Shown in pieces: positions 1 through 9,164 of a stretch of 32,000 nt of DNA; within the stretch, counting starts at the first letter, position 1; the number at the start of each line of letters is the position of its first letter. This DNA is from Candidatus Pacearchaeota archaeon (GTDB taxonomy: Archaea > Nanobdellota > Nanobdellia > Pacearchaeales > UBA284), in contig CP061211.1 of NCBI GenBank assembly GCA_026016245.1, positions 90,001-122,000 on the forward strand, given 5' to 3'. Made by a program: the position numbers and the translations under genes. The notes under the pieces were generated by a model that saw nothing but the letters and a program-made list of their open reading frames with translations, did no database searches and had not been told where the DNA came from.

Positions 1-243
1 CTTTTTATAAATACTAGACATACTTCTGTAGTTGGGAATGGCTCTGATGAAGACATAAAACCATATATAAATTCAATTAAGACATTATTCAAGATTTGTG
101 AAAACATAGAATCAGGTAATACAAAAAAATTGAGAAAACCATATGAGGAATTTGGTTTATTTGAAAAAAAATCTCTTGTTGGAAAAGTTGCATCCACAGC
201 AAAATTAACAGCAAAACAAGTAACTAGAGTAATGAATAGTTAA
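1..243 (+). CDS. C-terminal fragment of an unknown protein, truncated by the window start
   Basis: Frame 1 is open from base 1 to TAA at 241-243 (...KKSLVGKVASTAKLTAKQVTRVMNS*). Confidence 0.55.
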   Translation, partial: LFINTRHTSVVGNGSDEDIKPYINSIKTLFKICENIESGNTKKLRKPYEEFGLFEKKSLVGKVASTAKLTAKQVTRVMNS

Positions 244-244
244 A

Positions 245-823
245 TCACTCTTCCCATTGTCCTGATTCTTTTCTCCTACAATTTGCGCAAAGATATCTGT
301 TACCTATCTTATAAAGTAAATCAAAAACACCACATTCATGGCAAGGTCCCTCTCTCACCCAACGAAATTCATCCACTGCCCTGATACGCTTCCATTTCTC
401 TTCTTCCTCCGCAATCTTAACATTCTGGAAAGCAATATCAAAAAGATCTGGCTGTATTTTCAGAATGTCCTTCTCTGTAAGAAAGCCAATAACCTTATGA
501 TTAACAAGAACAGGAAGCCATCTTACTCTTTTCTTTTTCATAGTCACAAGAGCATCAAAAATGTCCTTCCCAGGCTTGATTCCATGAACTTTCTTTGTCA
601 TTATCTTATTTACCTTGGTCTTTTTTTTATTGAGACTTTTGGCCATGGCCCTTACTAAATCACCTTCTGTAACTATTCCTTTCAACATTTGATCAGATCT
701 GACAATAACAGAACCAACTCCCTTTTTAACCATAATTTTAGCACATTCAACCATAGTTATATCTGGCTTTATTGACACAAATTTCCTGGTCATGACATCA
801 CCTACTTTAATCCCGACTTTCAT
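245..823 (-). CDS. Tandem CBS-domain protein with C-terminal zinc ribbon
   Basis: Two CBS-like repeats (VGDVMTRKFVSIKPDITMVECAKIM..., VNKIMTKKVHGIKPGKDIFDALVTM...) followed by CHECGVFDLLYKIGNRYLCANCR. Confidence 0.85.
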   Translation of the reverse strand: MKVGIKVGDVMTRKFVSIKPDITMVECAKIMVKKGVGSVIVRSDQMLKGIVTEGDLVRAMAKSLNKKKTKVNKIMTKKVHGIKPGKDIFDALVTMKKKRVRWLPVLVNHKVIGFLTEKDILKIQPDLFDIAFQNVKIAEEEEKWKRIRAVDEFRWVREGPCHECGVFDLLYKIGNRYLCANCRRKESGQWEE

Positions 824-845
824 AAACGCAGATAGTTATTTTGTT

Positions 846-2651
846 TTAAATAGTTTTTGTTAAGAAATCTTTTATTTCTGGAAGATGGGGAATTAGTATT
901 TTACTCCAAGTTTCATAATTATATTCATAAGATATTTCTTTAAGTATATCTATGGGGATAAAATCACTTTTTACAATAGAAGATTCTTTTGGTCTTACAT
1001 TTCCATCTGTTTGGATAGCATAAATAAATCCAAAATGAACTCTATCTACTGGTTTTTCACTTGCCATTAATGTTCCAACAAGAACTGGTTCTGATGATTG
1101 TTTTTCAAATTTTACTTCTTCTTCATGAACTTCACGTTTTACACAATTTAACAAATAGTCTGGCCTGTCAGATTCATTTATGTGACCTCCAACACCAATA
1201 GAATACTTACCAAAAAGTCTAGAATCTCCATATGCTTTTATATCCTTTGTTCTAACATAATAAAAAACTTCATCTTTATTATTATCTTTTCTAAAAATTA
1301 AAACATAAGGCACTATTTGTAATATCTCTTGATCTTCCTCACAATCATATCTTAATGAAAACATAGGAGCCGCTTGTACGAGTTTTTCCAAATTCTTTGC
1401 TTTGGTTGGAGTTATAATTTCAAAACCTTCTTTAGAGTCACGAAATTCAAGCAGTTCTCTTTTTGGTAAAGCTAATACTTTTCTGTTTAATTTTTTGTAG
1501 TCTTTCCCAAGTTTCGGGAAATCTACTTTTTTAAAATTATTTGATAGCCTAGGTCCTATTTGTCCATTATAACTAGAACCTTTGTCTTTTCCATAACATT
1601 TTTTTGGAGTTAAACCACGGAAAATCTGTAGTTCGCTTATAGCCATTCCATCTCTCAAAATCATTGGAGAAATTTCTTCAGATCTAACCTCAAAAACAGC
1701 ACATCCATTAAAACCATTATCAAAAAAACCTGCAAAATGTAACGGCCCATGTATGCCAACATGTGAATGGTCTTTTAATTCAGCGCTTAGGTTTGATGGA
1801 ATTTTAATATATTCTTTTGAAGATAATAAATAACACTTTCCTGGTTTGATTTCTACTGTGTTATTTTTCATGATTATAGGCTCAAAATATTCTTCAACAT
1901 TATATCCCTCTTTTTCCTTAATATCTATGGGAATAGGGTTATTCCTTGCTTTAAATCCAACTATCCCAGAAGTTTGTTTTCCTGAAATATCTAAAGTTAA
2001 TCTTAATCCATCATGAATTTGTGGATTTTTTATCTCTTTTAAAGAATCTTCCTCTATAGAGTAAAGTATAGGCTCTTTTTGATATTCTTTTTCTAGTTCT
2101 TTATCTGTTAATTTATTTTCATTTCCTATGAGAAATCTTAGTTGATTAAAAGTCATTCCTGGCTGTATTATTAAATTAAAAGCAAGAGGTTGTAAGAGCA
2201 GCCAGAGTTCTAATTTTTTATTGCTAACTGTAACTTCATCAAAACAATCATGATAATCTGTGAGTAGCCTGTTTAAAATAAAAACTCTCCCTCTACTGCT
2301 TTTTGGAGAAGATTTGACTCTAAAATTCCCAGGTAGCATAAGTTTTTCTTCCAGAGGCAAGAGATAGCTATACCCTTTTTTTATTTCAAATTCTTTATCT
2401 ATAGTATGTTTTTGACGTCTTTTGTTAGGAAGTTGTAATAAACTTCTATAAACAGGCTCATAATTGCTTGGCCTAAAAAGACCACCACTTTCTGTATCAA
2501 TAACATAAACTTCATCTCCTATCCTTGGTTCAAAAGAAGATGGTTGAATTCTATTTTCTAAATCTTCATTTGAAGTAGAAATAATTTCTTCTTCCACAGC
2601 TTGTTTAATTTCAAAATCCACTAAACATCTAGAAGTTGATTTGTCTAACAT
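846..2651 (-). CDS. Double-domain dCTP deaminase/dUTPase-fold protein fused to a C-terminal Nudix-like domain
   Basis: N-terminal QPSSFEPRIGDEVYVID and KSSRGRVFILNRLLTDYHDCFDEV...QPGMTFNQLRF. Second domain has HFAGFFDNGFNGCAVFEVRSE. C-terminus has a Nudix-like GKYSIGVGGHIN...CVKREVHEEEV. Confidence 0.8.
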   Translation of the reverse strand: MLDKSTSRCLVDFEIKQAVEEEIISTSNEDLENRIQPSSFEPRIGDEVYVIDTESGGLFRPSNYEPVYRSLLQLPNKRRQKHTIDKEFEIKKGYSYLLPLEEKLMLPGNFRVKSSPKSSRGRVFILNRLLTDYHDCFDEVTVSNKKLELWLLLQPLAFNLIIQPGMTFNQLRFLIGNENKLTDKELEKEYQKEPILYSIEEDSLKEIKNPQIHDGLRLTLDISGKQTSGIVGFKARNNPIPIDIKEKEGYNVEEYFEPIIMKNNTVEIKPGKCYLLSSKEYIKIPSNLSAELKDHSHVGIHGPLHFAGFFDNGFNGCAVFEVRSEEISPMILRDGMAISELQIFRGLTPKKCYGKDKGSSYNGQIGPRLSNNFKKVDFPKLGKDYKKLNRKVLALPKRELLEFRDSKEGFEIITPTKAKNLEKLVQAAPMFSLRYDCEEDQEILQIVPYVLIFRKDNNKDEVFYYVRTKDIKAYGDSRLFGKYSIGVGGHINESDRPDYLLNCVKREVHEEEVKFEKQSSEPVLVGTLMASEKPVDRVHFGFIYAIQTDGNVRPKESSIVKSDFIPIDILKEISYEYNYETWSKILIPHLPEIKDFLTKTI

Positions 2652-2783
2652 TTTAATCCCAAACTGATTTATTTTAAATAGATTATGTGGGAATAAAATA
2701 TATATTACAAAATTAGAGAAAACTTTTTAAATCTGCTAAGCAAGGGTTATATAGGTTAAGGGTATAATTATATTTTTGAAAAA

Positions 2784-3071
2784 ATGGCTGAACAAAGAGT
2801 AAAAATTGAAGGAACAAATGATTTAGATGTTAGTTATGCTTTAGCTTATCTAGCTGGTTTCCGAAAAGGCACTCTTGTAACACCTAGATATCCCGGTAAA
2901 CAAGGATATAGAGAAGTTATGGTGTTTCATAAAGATACAATTGCAAAAGATCCAGATTTATTCCTACTTACACAATCTCCTGATATAGTGGTAAGTGCTT
3001 TGCTTAATAGTGAATATTTAATAGATTTTAAGAAAGAAAAAGTTGATCCAGCTTTGAAGAAATTAGATTAG
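2784..3071 (+). CDS. Conserved-looking hypothetical protein upstream of the thermosome gene
   Basis: 95-aa ORF, same strand and 18 nt upstream of the thermosome gene; AT-rich TATA-like stretch upstream. Confidence 0.65.
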   Translation: MAEQRVKIEGTNDLDVSYALAYLAGFRKGTLVTPRYPGKQGYREVMVFHKDTIAKDPDLFLLTQSPDIVVSALLNSEYLIDFKKEKVDPALKKLD

Positions 3072-3089
3072 CTTGTTCCCAAAAATAAA

Positions 3090-4721
3090 ATGGCTGAAAA
3101 ACAACCAATATATGTATTGCCTGAAAACATCCAAAGAATGATAGGTAGAGATGCTCAGAGAAACAATATTTTGGCAGCTAGGCTTGTAGCAGATGCAATA
3201 AAAACCACACTAGGACCTAAAGGAATGGACAAGATGTTAGTAGATAGTATAGGTGATATTACAGTTACAAATGATGGTGTTACTATTTTGGATGAGATGG
3301 AGATTGAACATCCTGCTGCAAAGATGATGGTTGAAATTGCAAAAACTCAAGAAGATGAGGTAGGAGACGGAACTACAACAGCTGTAATTATCGCAGGAAA
3401 ACTTCTTGAAAATGCTGAAAAACTTTTAGATGAGAAGATACATCCTACTGTTATAGCTCGCGGATACAGATTAGGAGCAAAGAGAGCACATGAACTCTCT
3501 AAAGAAATATCCTATAAAATCTCGCCACAACAAAAAGATCTCCTTAAGCAAATAGTCATCACAGCAATGACAGGTAAAGGTGCTGAAGCTGCTAAAGAAA
3601 AGCTAAGTCAAATAGTTGTTGAGGCTGTTTTACAGGTGATGGAGGAAAGTGATGAAGGAATAAAAATAAATAGAGATAATATTAAGCTAGAAAAGAAGAA
3701 GGGAGAGGGAATAGAAGACACAAAACTTATTTCAGGAATAGTTTTAGACAAGGAAAGAGTTCATTCTGATATGCCTTCACAGATTAAAGATGCTAAGATA
3801 GCTTTGCTTGATGCGGCTCTAGAATTAAAAAGTCCTGAGACAGATACAAAAATACAAGTAACAAGTCCAGAACAACTTCAGGCTTTTATAGATCAAGAAG
3901 AAAAGATGTTGAAAGATATGGTTAATAAGATAAAAGAAGTTGAAGCTAATGTTGTGTTGTGTCAGAAAGGGATAGATGATGTTGCCCAATATTATCTAAC
4001 AAAAGAAAATATTTTTGCTGCTAGAAGAATTAAAAAGTCTGATATGGAGTTACTTGCCAAGGCAACAGGCAGTAAGATTGTAAGCAATCTCAATGAACTT
4101 TCCAAAGAAGACCTTGGTCATGCAGATGTTGTTAAAGAAATCAAAGAAGGAGAGGAAGGATTAACTTATGTAATGGGATGCAGAAATCCTAAAGCCTTGA
4201 CAATTTTAATTAGGGGTGGAACAGAGCATGTTATTGATGAATTAGAGAGAGCAATAAAAGATGGAATCGGAGATGTGGGTGTTGCTCTTGAAAAAGGCTA
4301 TATTGTTGCAGGAGGAGGAGCTTTTGAAATAGAATTAGCGAGAAGATTAAGAGCTTATGGCCAGGGAATTAGAGGTAGAGAGCAGCTTGCTATTAATGCT
4401 TTTGCAGATTCACTTGAGGTTATTCCAAGAACATTAGCAGAAAATGCTGGTCTTGATCCCATAGACACTTTAACTGAATTAAAAGCAAGGCATGATAAAA
4501 ATGAAACAACAACTGGCCTTGACACTAGTGTAGGGACATCAAGAGGAGGAGAAATTACAGATGCACTAAAACAAGGAATTGTTGAACCCTTAGAAATAAA
4601 AAACCAAGCAATCAAGTCAGCAAGTGAAGTGACAATGATGATATTAAGGATAGATGATGTCATAGCAAGCAGTAAGACAAATCAAGCAAGCCAAGTTCCT
4701 GAAATGCCTCCTGGGTATTAA
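3090..4721 (+). CDS. ths: Thermosome subunit (group II chaperonin)
   Basis: Full-length 543 aa with [54 protein letters not shown], and C-terminal [14 protein letters not shown]. Confidence 0.98.
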   Translation: MAEKQPIYVLPENIQRMIGRDAQRNNILAARLVADAIKTTLGPKGMDKMLVDSIGDITVTNDGVTILDEMEIEHPAAKMMVEIAKTQEDEVGDGTTTAVIIAGKLLENAEKLLDEKIHPTVIARGYRLGAKRAHELSKEISYKISPQQKDLLKQIVITAMTGKGAEAAKEKLSQIVVEAVLQVMEESDEGIKINRDNIKLEKKKGEGIEDTKLISGIVLDKERVHSDMPSQIKDAKIALLDAALELKSPETDTKIQVTSPEQLQAFIDQEEKMLKDMVNKIKEVEANVVLCQKGIDDVAQYYLTKENIFAARRIKKSDMELLAKATGSKIVSNLNELSKEDLGHADVVKEIKEGEEGLTYVMGCRNPKALTILIRGGTEHVIDELERAIKDGIGDVGVALEKGYIVAGGGAFEIELARRLRAYGQGIRGREQLAINAFADSLEVIPRTLAENAGLDPIDTLTELKARHDKNETTTGLDTSVGTSRGGEITDALKQGIVEPLEIKNQAIKSASEVTMMILRIDDVIASSKTNQASQVPEMPPGY

Positions 4722-4728
4722 AATTAAA

Positions 4729-4959
4729 ATGGAAAAATATAAAGAAATAAAATATCATATTGAAGTAGAGCATGAGCCAGGCACTTTTGATGATGATATG
4801 GATCTTTTGCTTCAGAATCCTACAGAGGCTTATCAACAACTTCAGATTATAAAACAAAAATATAAAGGCCATAAAATCATGATAACAAAAATAACAAAAA
4901 CTACAAACTATTCGCCTTTAACAGAAAGTGATTTAGAAAAATTGGCTCAAAACCTTTAA
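4729..4959 (+). CDS. Small hypothetical protein
   Basis: 76-aa ORF starting 7 nt after the thermosome stop, same strand. Confidence 0.55.
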   Translation: MEKYKEIKYHIEVEHEPGTFDDDMDLLLQNPTEAYQQLQIIKQKYKGHKIMITKITKTTNYSPLTESDLEKLAQNL

Positions 4960-4985
4960 ATATTTCTTATTTTTAATTGTTTTAT

Positions 4986-5116
4986 GCGTGAGTAGTCCAG
5001 TGGTAAGACGCAACCCTGCCAATAAATCTTTCCAGAAAGGTTTAATCAAAGCGAATCTTTGATGGGAAAGAAAAAGCAGAACGGTTGTGACCCGGGTTCG
5101 AATCCCGGCTCACGCA
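4986..5116 (+). tRNA. tRNA-Gly (anticodon GCC) with ~60-nt intron at canonical position 37/38 (about 5022-5081)
   Basis: Acceptor GCGTGAG/CTCACGC; D stem GTC/GAC; anticodon stem CAACC/GGTTG with loop CTGCCA|C interrupted by the intron; T arm CCGGG-TTCGAAT-CCCGG; discriminator A at 5116; no encoded CCA. Confidence 0.94.
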
Positions 5117-5333
5117 TTTCTATTTTTTGTTCTAAAACAATAATCATTTTAGGGCCCTGTTTCATCGTATATTTGTATTTCTAGATGTTATAAAAAGTTA
5201 ATCTATAGATAATCTTTAGTATTTTTTATAATTTATTAATTATTTTTTAATATATTTTATATTTTTATATTAATAGCAAAAAATAGATAAAGAGTAATCT
5301 TTTTATTTTTTATAATATCTTTAGTTATAAAAA

Positions 5334-6485
5334 ATGGAACGAGAAAATAATGAGATTAAAAATTTAGAAAATGAAGAAGAATTTAATAAAGAAAAAGAAA
5401 TATTAATTATTGATCTTGATAAAAATAAAAAAGATCTTTTTGAATTAGAAAAAAGAGAAGATTATTTGATAAAAAAGAAGGAACAAATAATTAATTCTGA
5501 GAAATATATATTCTCAAATAATTTGGATATCAAGCAAAAAGAAATAACTATAGATCTCAGTAAAATGAAAGAAAAAATAGTTTCTGATTTTTCAAAACTA
5601 AAAAAATCACTTAAAAAGTATCAAAGACTAGATATGACTTCTGAATTTGAAAAAAAACTTATTGATAATTATATTGCAAATGAATTAGAAGCCTTACTTA
5701 TTGATTCTAATCTTAAGATAATTGATATTCTAAATAATTTATCAAGAGCAATATCTGAAGAAAAGATAAGCGTAAAGGATAAAATAATTAATAGAATAAA
5801 AGAACAGATAAAAAAAATGAATTATGAATATTTAACAGATTTTATTAAAAAATACAATCTAATTATAGAAAATAAAAAGAAGCTTGAAAGTGAAATGCAG
5901 AAAAATGATGTAAAGAAAGATCTAGATAAGATAGAGAAAGAAATACATGAAATTAAAAATTTACAAAGTTCAATAAAATTAGAAAATGATTTAATGAAAC
6001 AGAAGTTAGTATCAAAAGAAAAATGGAAAAAATGTCCAAGATGTGGGAAAGAAATTCCTAATAATTGGAAACATCATCTAAAATGTGGATGGAAGGAAAA
6101 TGAAGAAGAGAGTAGAGAACAAGAATCTGATTCTAAAAAATCCAAAATAATGGTTTTCACATCTCCTACTTGCCCTCATTGTCTTCCTGCATTAAATTTA
6201 GCTAAACAGATTAAAAAAGAGAGAAATGTAAAAGTTATTGAAGTGAATACGGCAACCCCTCATGGACAGAAAAAAGCTAAGCAAATGGGAATAATGGCTG
6301 TTCCAACAATTTTTGTGAAGGGTCCTGCTTATCCACAAGTTATAGGTCTTAAAGGCTTACCATCAAAAAAAGGATTATTAAAAATCGTTGATATAAGTTT
6401 AGGTATTGAAGAATGGGAGAAATCAAAAGGATTTTTTAAAAATTTATTTAGTAAAATTAAAAAAAAATCAAATAAATCAGATTAG
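5334..6485 (+). CDS. Coiled-coil protein with Zn-knuckle and C-terminal thioredoxin/glutaredoxin-like domain
   Basis: ~230 aa of Lys/Glu-rich coiled coil, then CPRCGKEIPNNWKHHLKCGW, then VFTSPTCPHCLPALNLAKQIK...VNTATPHGQKKAKQMGIMAVPTIFVKG (CxxC plus cis-Pro). Confidence 0.82.
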   Translation: MERENNEIKNLENEEEFNKEKEILIIDLDKNKKDLFELEKREDYLIKKKEQIINSEKYIFSNNLDIKQKEITIDLSKMKEKIVSDFSKLKKSLKKYQRLDMTSEFEKKLIDNYIANELEALLIDSNLKIIDILNNLSRAISEEKISVKDKIINRIKEQIKKMNYEYLTDFIKKYNLIIENKKKLESEMQKNDVKKDLDKIEKEIHEIKNLQSSIKLENDLMKQKLVSKEKWKKCPRCGKEIPNNWKHHLKCGWKENEEESREQESDSKKSKIMVFTSPTCPHCLPALNLAKQIKKERNVKVIEVNTATPHGQKKAKQMGIMAVPTIFVKGPAYPQVIGLKGLPSKKGLLKIVDISLGIEEWEKSKGFFKNLFSKIKKKSNKSD

Positions 6486-6517
6486 ATTAATAAAATGATA
6501 ATAAAGGTTAAGGGAAG

Positions 6518-7063
6518 ATGAAAATATTTACAATAGATGATGTTGTTTTGCATTGTAGCGAAGAAATGATAAGAGAATTTGAAGAAGATGTAGATCCTGA
6601 ATATGATCCTGAACTAGAAATTAATAGTTGTTTAGATAGTTCTTTAGAACAAAATCCTAAAATTAAAGAGCTGACTGAGTTATATTCTAAAATAAATGGA
6701 TTGAAAGGCAAAATTATTTTAAATGCTCATGGAGATTATAATTATAGAGATCATCTGTGGGTATACATAGATGATAATAAGGAATTTTCAGTACAAAAAT
6801 GGATAAATAAATATGATGGGAAATATTCTACATTAATCTTACATATCTGCAATTCTCTTTCAAAAGAAGTTTATTCCAAGAAATCAGCAGTTGTGCATTA
6901 CAATAATATTTATTCTGGGCTCGATCAGGATTGGGCTAATGTCCAAACTGAAATTTATATTCCTAAAATAGAATATGTTGATTCATATATTATAGATAAT
7001 GAAATAGAAAAAATGAGGAAAATGCTGAAGGATTTAAAGGAAGTTGATGTAACTTTTAAATAG
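6518..7063 (+). CDS. Hypothetical protein, possibly caspase/CHAT-like
   Basis: 181-aa ORF. KIILNAHGD... and STLILHICNS resemble the His-Gly and Cys-Ser motifs of clan CD peptidases. Confidence 0.6.
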   Translation: MKIFTIDDVVLHCSEEMIREFEEDVDPEYDPELEINSCLDSSLEQNPKIKELTELYSKINGLKGKIILNAHGDYNYRDHLWVYIDDNKEFSVQKWINKYDGKYSTLILHICNSLSKEVYSKKSAVVHYNNIYSGLDQDWANVQTEIYIPKIEYVDSYIIDNEIEKMRKMLKDLKEVDVTFK

Positions 7064-7102
7064 TTACAAACAGAAACCTTTAAAAATCTAGAATTCTAAA
7101 TT

Positions 7103-7121
7103 TATGTATAAATTATACATA
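7103..7121. promoter_or_regulatory. Perfect 9-bp inverted repeat around one central base (TATGTATAA-A-TTATACATA), candidate operator
   Basis: Direct inspection; it lies 2 nt upstream of the ATG at 7124. Confidence 0.4.
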
Positions 7122-7123
7122 AA

Positions 7124-7243
7124 ATGGCTAGAGTTAAGGGGAATCAAGATAGAAAGAAGAACGGAACTTTTATTCTGACAAAGAAAATAGCTAAGCATGG
7201 TTCTCAGACTCAATATCTTGTTAATCCAAGGGAGGCAGATTAA
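7124..7243 (+). CDS. Small basic protein (39 aa), unannotated in the ORF track
   Basis: ATG at 7124, TAA at 7241-7243, translation MARVKGNQDRKKNGTFILTKKIAKHGSQTQYLVNPREAD. Ends 8 nt before the next ORF. Confidence 0.5.
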   Translation: MARVKGNQDRKKNGTFILTKKIAKHGSQTQYLVNPREAD

Positions 7244-7251
7244 TAATAAAA

Positions 7252-7959
7252 ATGAAAATAAATAAATTGTTAGGAAAAGTTGTCCAAGGAATAAAAGATA
7301 CTGCAAAAGTAGCTCTTTATACAGCACCTTTCTGGTTGCCTGGAGTTTTAGAAGCAAAACCACTTGATTTACAGAGGATAAAAGAGACTATAACAAAGGA
7401 ATATCAAAATGCTGCAAATGTGAAGTTTAGTAAGAAAGGATATGGTTTTTATGTTGGTATGATTTCAGATATTGGAAAAGGCTATCATTTAGATGTTGGC
7501 ATTAATAGCGCAACTCAAAATACAAATGGAGCAATTTTAAATAAAAATTTTGGACTAGAGGCTTCAACAGATTTCAATGGTAATAAAAGTTTAACTCTTG
7601 ATGGTATGATTGCTGGAACTGGGTTTAGTGCAAGAGGAAATCTTGCTTCTGATGGATCTAAAACAATAGATGGAAGTATCTTTAGGGCAGAACAGTTTGG
7701 AAAAGCAACTATTTATGGAAAAGTAGAAGGAGATAAGGATAATGCTAGTGCAAGTTCTTTTGGTTTCTATATTGGCCCAACAATAGGAAACGCAACAATA
7801 GTTCTTTTTGCACGTGGCTCAAAATCTTTGACTTCAGATGGCTATTATTTCATGGCGGGAACAGTAATTAGGAGTGGAAAACTTTCAACTAGTATAACAA
7901 CAGGAACAACTGATTTTAGTGAATGGATGCCTAGCTTAAAGATCCAGTATAAATTTTGA
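7252..7959 (+). CDS. Hypothetical protein with beta-strand-rich, porin-like repetitive architecture
   Basis: Repeated strands such as GFYVGMISDIG, YHLDVGINS, SLTLDGMIAGTGFSARGNL, ATIYGKVEGD, SFGFYIGPTIG; ends KIQYKF. Confidence 0.65.
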   Translation: MKINKLLGKVVQGIKDTAKVALYTAPFWLPGVLEAKPLDLQRIKETITKEYQNAANVKFSKKGYGFYVGMISDIGKGYHLDVGINSATQNTNGAILNKNFGLEASTDFNGNKSLTLDGMIAGTGFSARGNLASDGSKTIDGSIFRAEQFGKATIYGKVEGDKDNASASSFGFYIGPTIGNATIVLFARGSKSLTSDGYYFMAGTVIRSGKLSTSITTGTTDFSEWMPSLKIQYKF

Positions 7960-7973
7960 AGCTAAGGGAAAAA

Positions 7974-9164
7974 ATGCCATACAAAAAATTTGAAACAACT
8001 TTTAAGGGATTAGCCGAGAAAGTAATTTATTCTCTCAAAAACTATGAAGGAACAGAAAAATTTGCAAAAGTAGTGAGTGAAATAGTAGAGAGTACTTATG
8101 AAAAAAAGCCACAATTTAAAGAAGTTATTATTAAATCAAAAAAGGCTGAGTTAAAAGCTTTTGGGGAAAGTATTATTAATTATGCCAGTACTGGGGCTAA
8201 TTTCCTATTAACAGAAAAACAAGCAGAAAATTTTTATGGCTCGTTTATTGAGTTTATTACTGGTTTTGGATACGAGAGAGGATACGAGAGACAGAAAGCA
8301 CATTTTAGGATCCATAGGGACTTCATTGCGAGAAATGGGAAGAAATTTAGGTATGATGTGGAAAGCAATTTTCATCGGCACGAGGAACAACCAGAGTTGG
8401 GAGTAATAATGCCAGAGATAAAGAAAAAGTCTATTGTAGATGGATATAGCTTTAAGCAAGAAAGAACTAAAGTACAACAAAAAAGATTTGACGAAAGACA
8501 AGAAATAGCTTGGGATGCAGTTAATTTCGGTTTTGAAACTGCCTTACATACACCAAAAAAAGAAAATTCTTGTATTTCTTATGTTTGTATACCCCCTGTA
8601 AAAATAGAAAAGAAAAATTTAGTTAAAATTATAAATAAAGCTCTAGATGAAAAAGATGAAGTGGGATTAAATTATTTTTGTAAAGGATATAGTGGCCAAA
8701 AATTTGGTTACAAAATAAACTTAGAAAGAGAGAAGGATAATGTAAGGATAAAATTGTATGCAAGGGGACATAGAGATTATCAAGATGTGCTAAGGCATGC
8801 CTTAGATAAGTTAATACAATCAACTGGAATCTTGGTTGAAGATGGAGCAGAAGTAATTTATAAGGAAAAAGTGCCTGCAAAATGGACCTTACCTTTTGTT
8901 TATACAGGCAAAGGGATAGGATTTGTGGCAAAGTGGGGAACAAGTCCAGTATGGATTCCAATAAAATATGGTATTTTGTGGCCAATTTCAAAATTAAGAG
9001 ATAGAGCTGACAAAAAGAGAAAGAAAAAAGAAGATAGGTTATTAGAAGAATTTAAAAGAATTGGTCTTCGAGAGAATAAAGAGTATCCTAACAGCTGTTA
9101 TATATCTATCAATCCAGAATGCATGGAAAAAATAACTAAAAAAGTTGAGGACGAAGGAAAATGA
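7974..9164 (+). CDS. Hypothetical protein
   Basis: The ORF track starts at the TTG at 7956 (402 aa), overlapping the upstream stop. The internal ATG near 7974 (MPYKKF...) after AAGGG looks like a better start. Confidence 0.65.
   Translation: MPYKKFETTFKGLAEKVIYSLKNYEGTEKFAKVVSEIVESTYEKKPQFKEVIIKSKKAELKAFGESIINYASTGANFLLTEKQAENFYGSFIEFITGFGYERGYERQKAHFRIHRDFIARNGKKFRYDVESNFHRHEEQPELGVIMPEIKKKSIVDGYSFKQERTKVQQKRFDERQEIAWDAVNFGFETALHTPKKENSCISYVCIPPVKIEKKNLVKIINKALDEKDEVGLNYFCKGYSGQKFGYKINLEREKDNVRIKLYARGHRDYQDVLRHALDKLIQSTGILVEDGAEVIYKEKVPAKWTLPFVYTGKGIGFVAKWGTSPVWIPIKYGILWPISKLRDRADKKRKKKEDRLLEEFKRIGLRENKEYPNSCYISINPECMEKITKKVEDEGK

Noticed and set aside
338-658. Plus-strand ORF antisense to the CBS-domain gene
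   Set aside because: No recognisable motif, and the opposite strand encodes a clear CBS protein.
4355-4663. Minus-strand ORF antisense to the thermosome gene (also 4660-4872)
   Set aside because: The translation is a mirror of conserved thermosome codons with no independent motif; 4660-4872 overlaps the thermosome 3' end and the downstream plus-strand ORF.
5161-5333. Very AT-rich gap considered as a repeat or origin element
   Set aside because: No clear iterated unit or inverted repeat beyond what composition explains; the gap probably holds the promoter for the 5334 gene.
7088-7363. Minus-strand 91-aa ORF
   Set aside because: It lies opposite the 39-aa ORF and the start of the 7252 gene, is Leu-rich from reversed A/T codons, and has no supporting signal.
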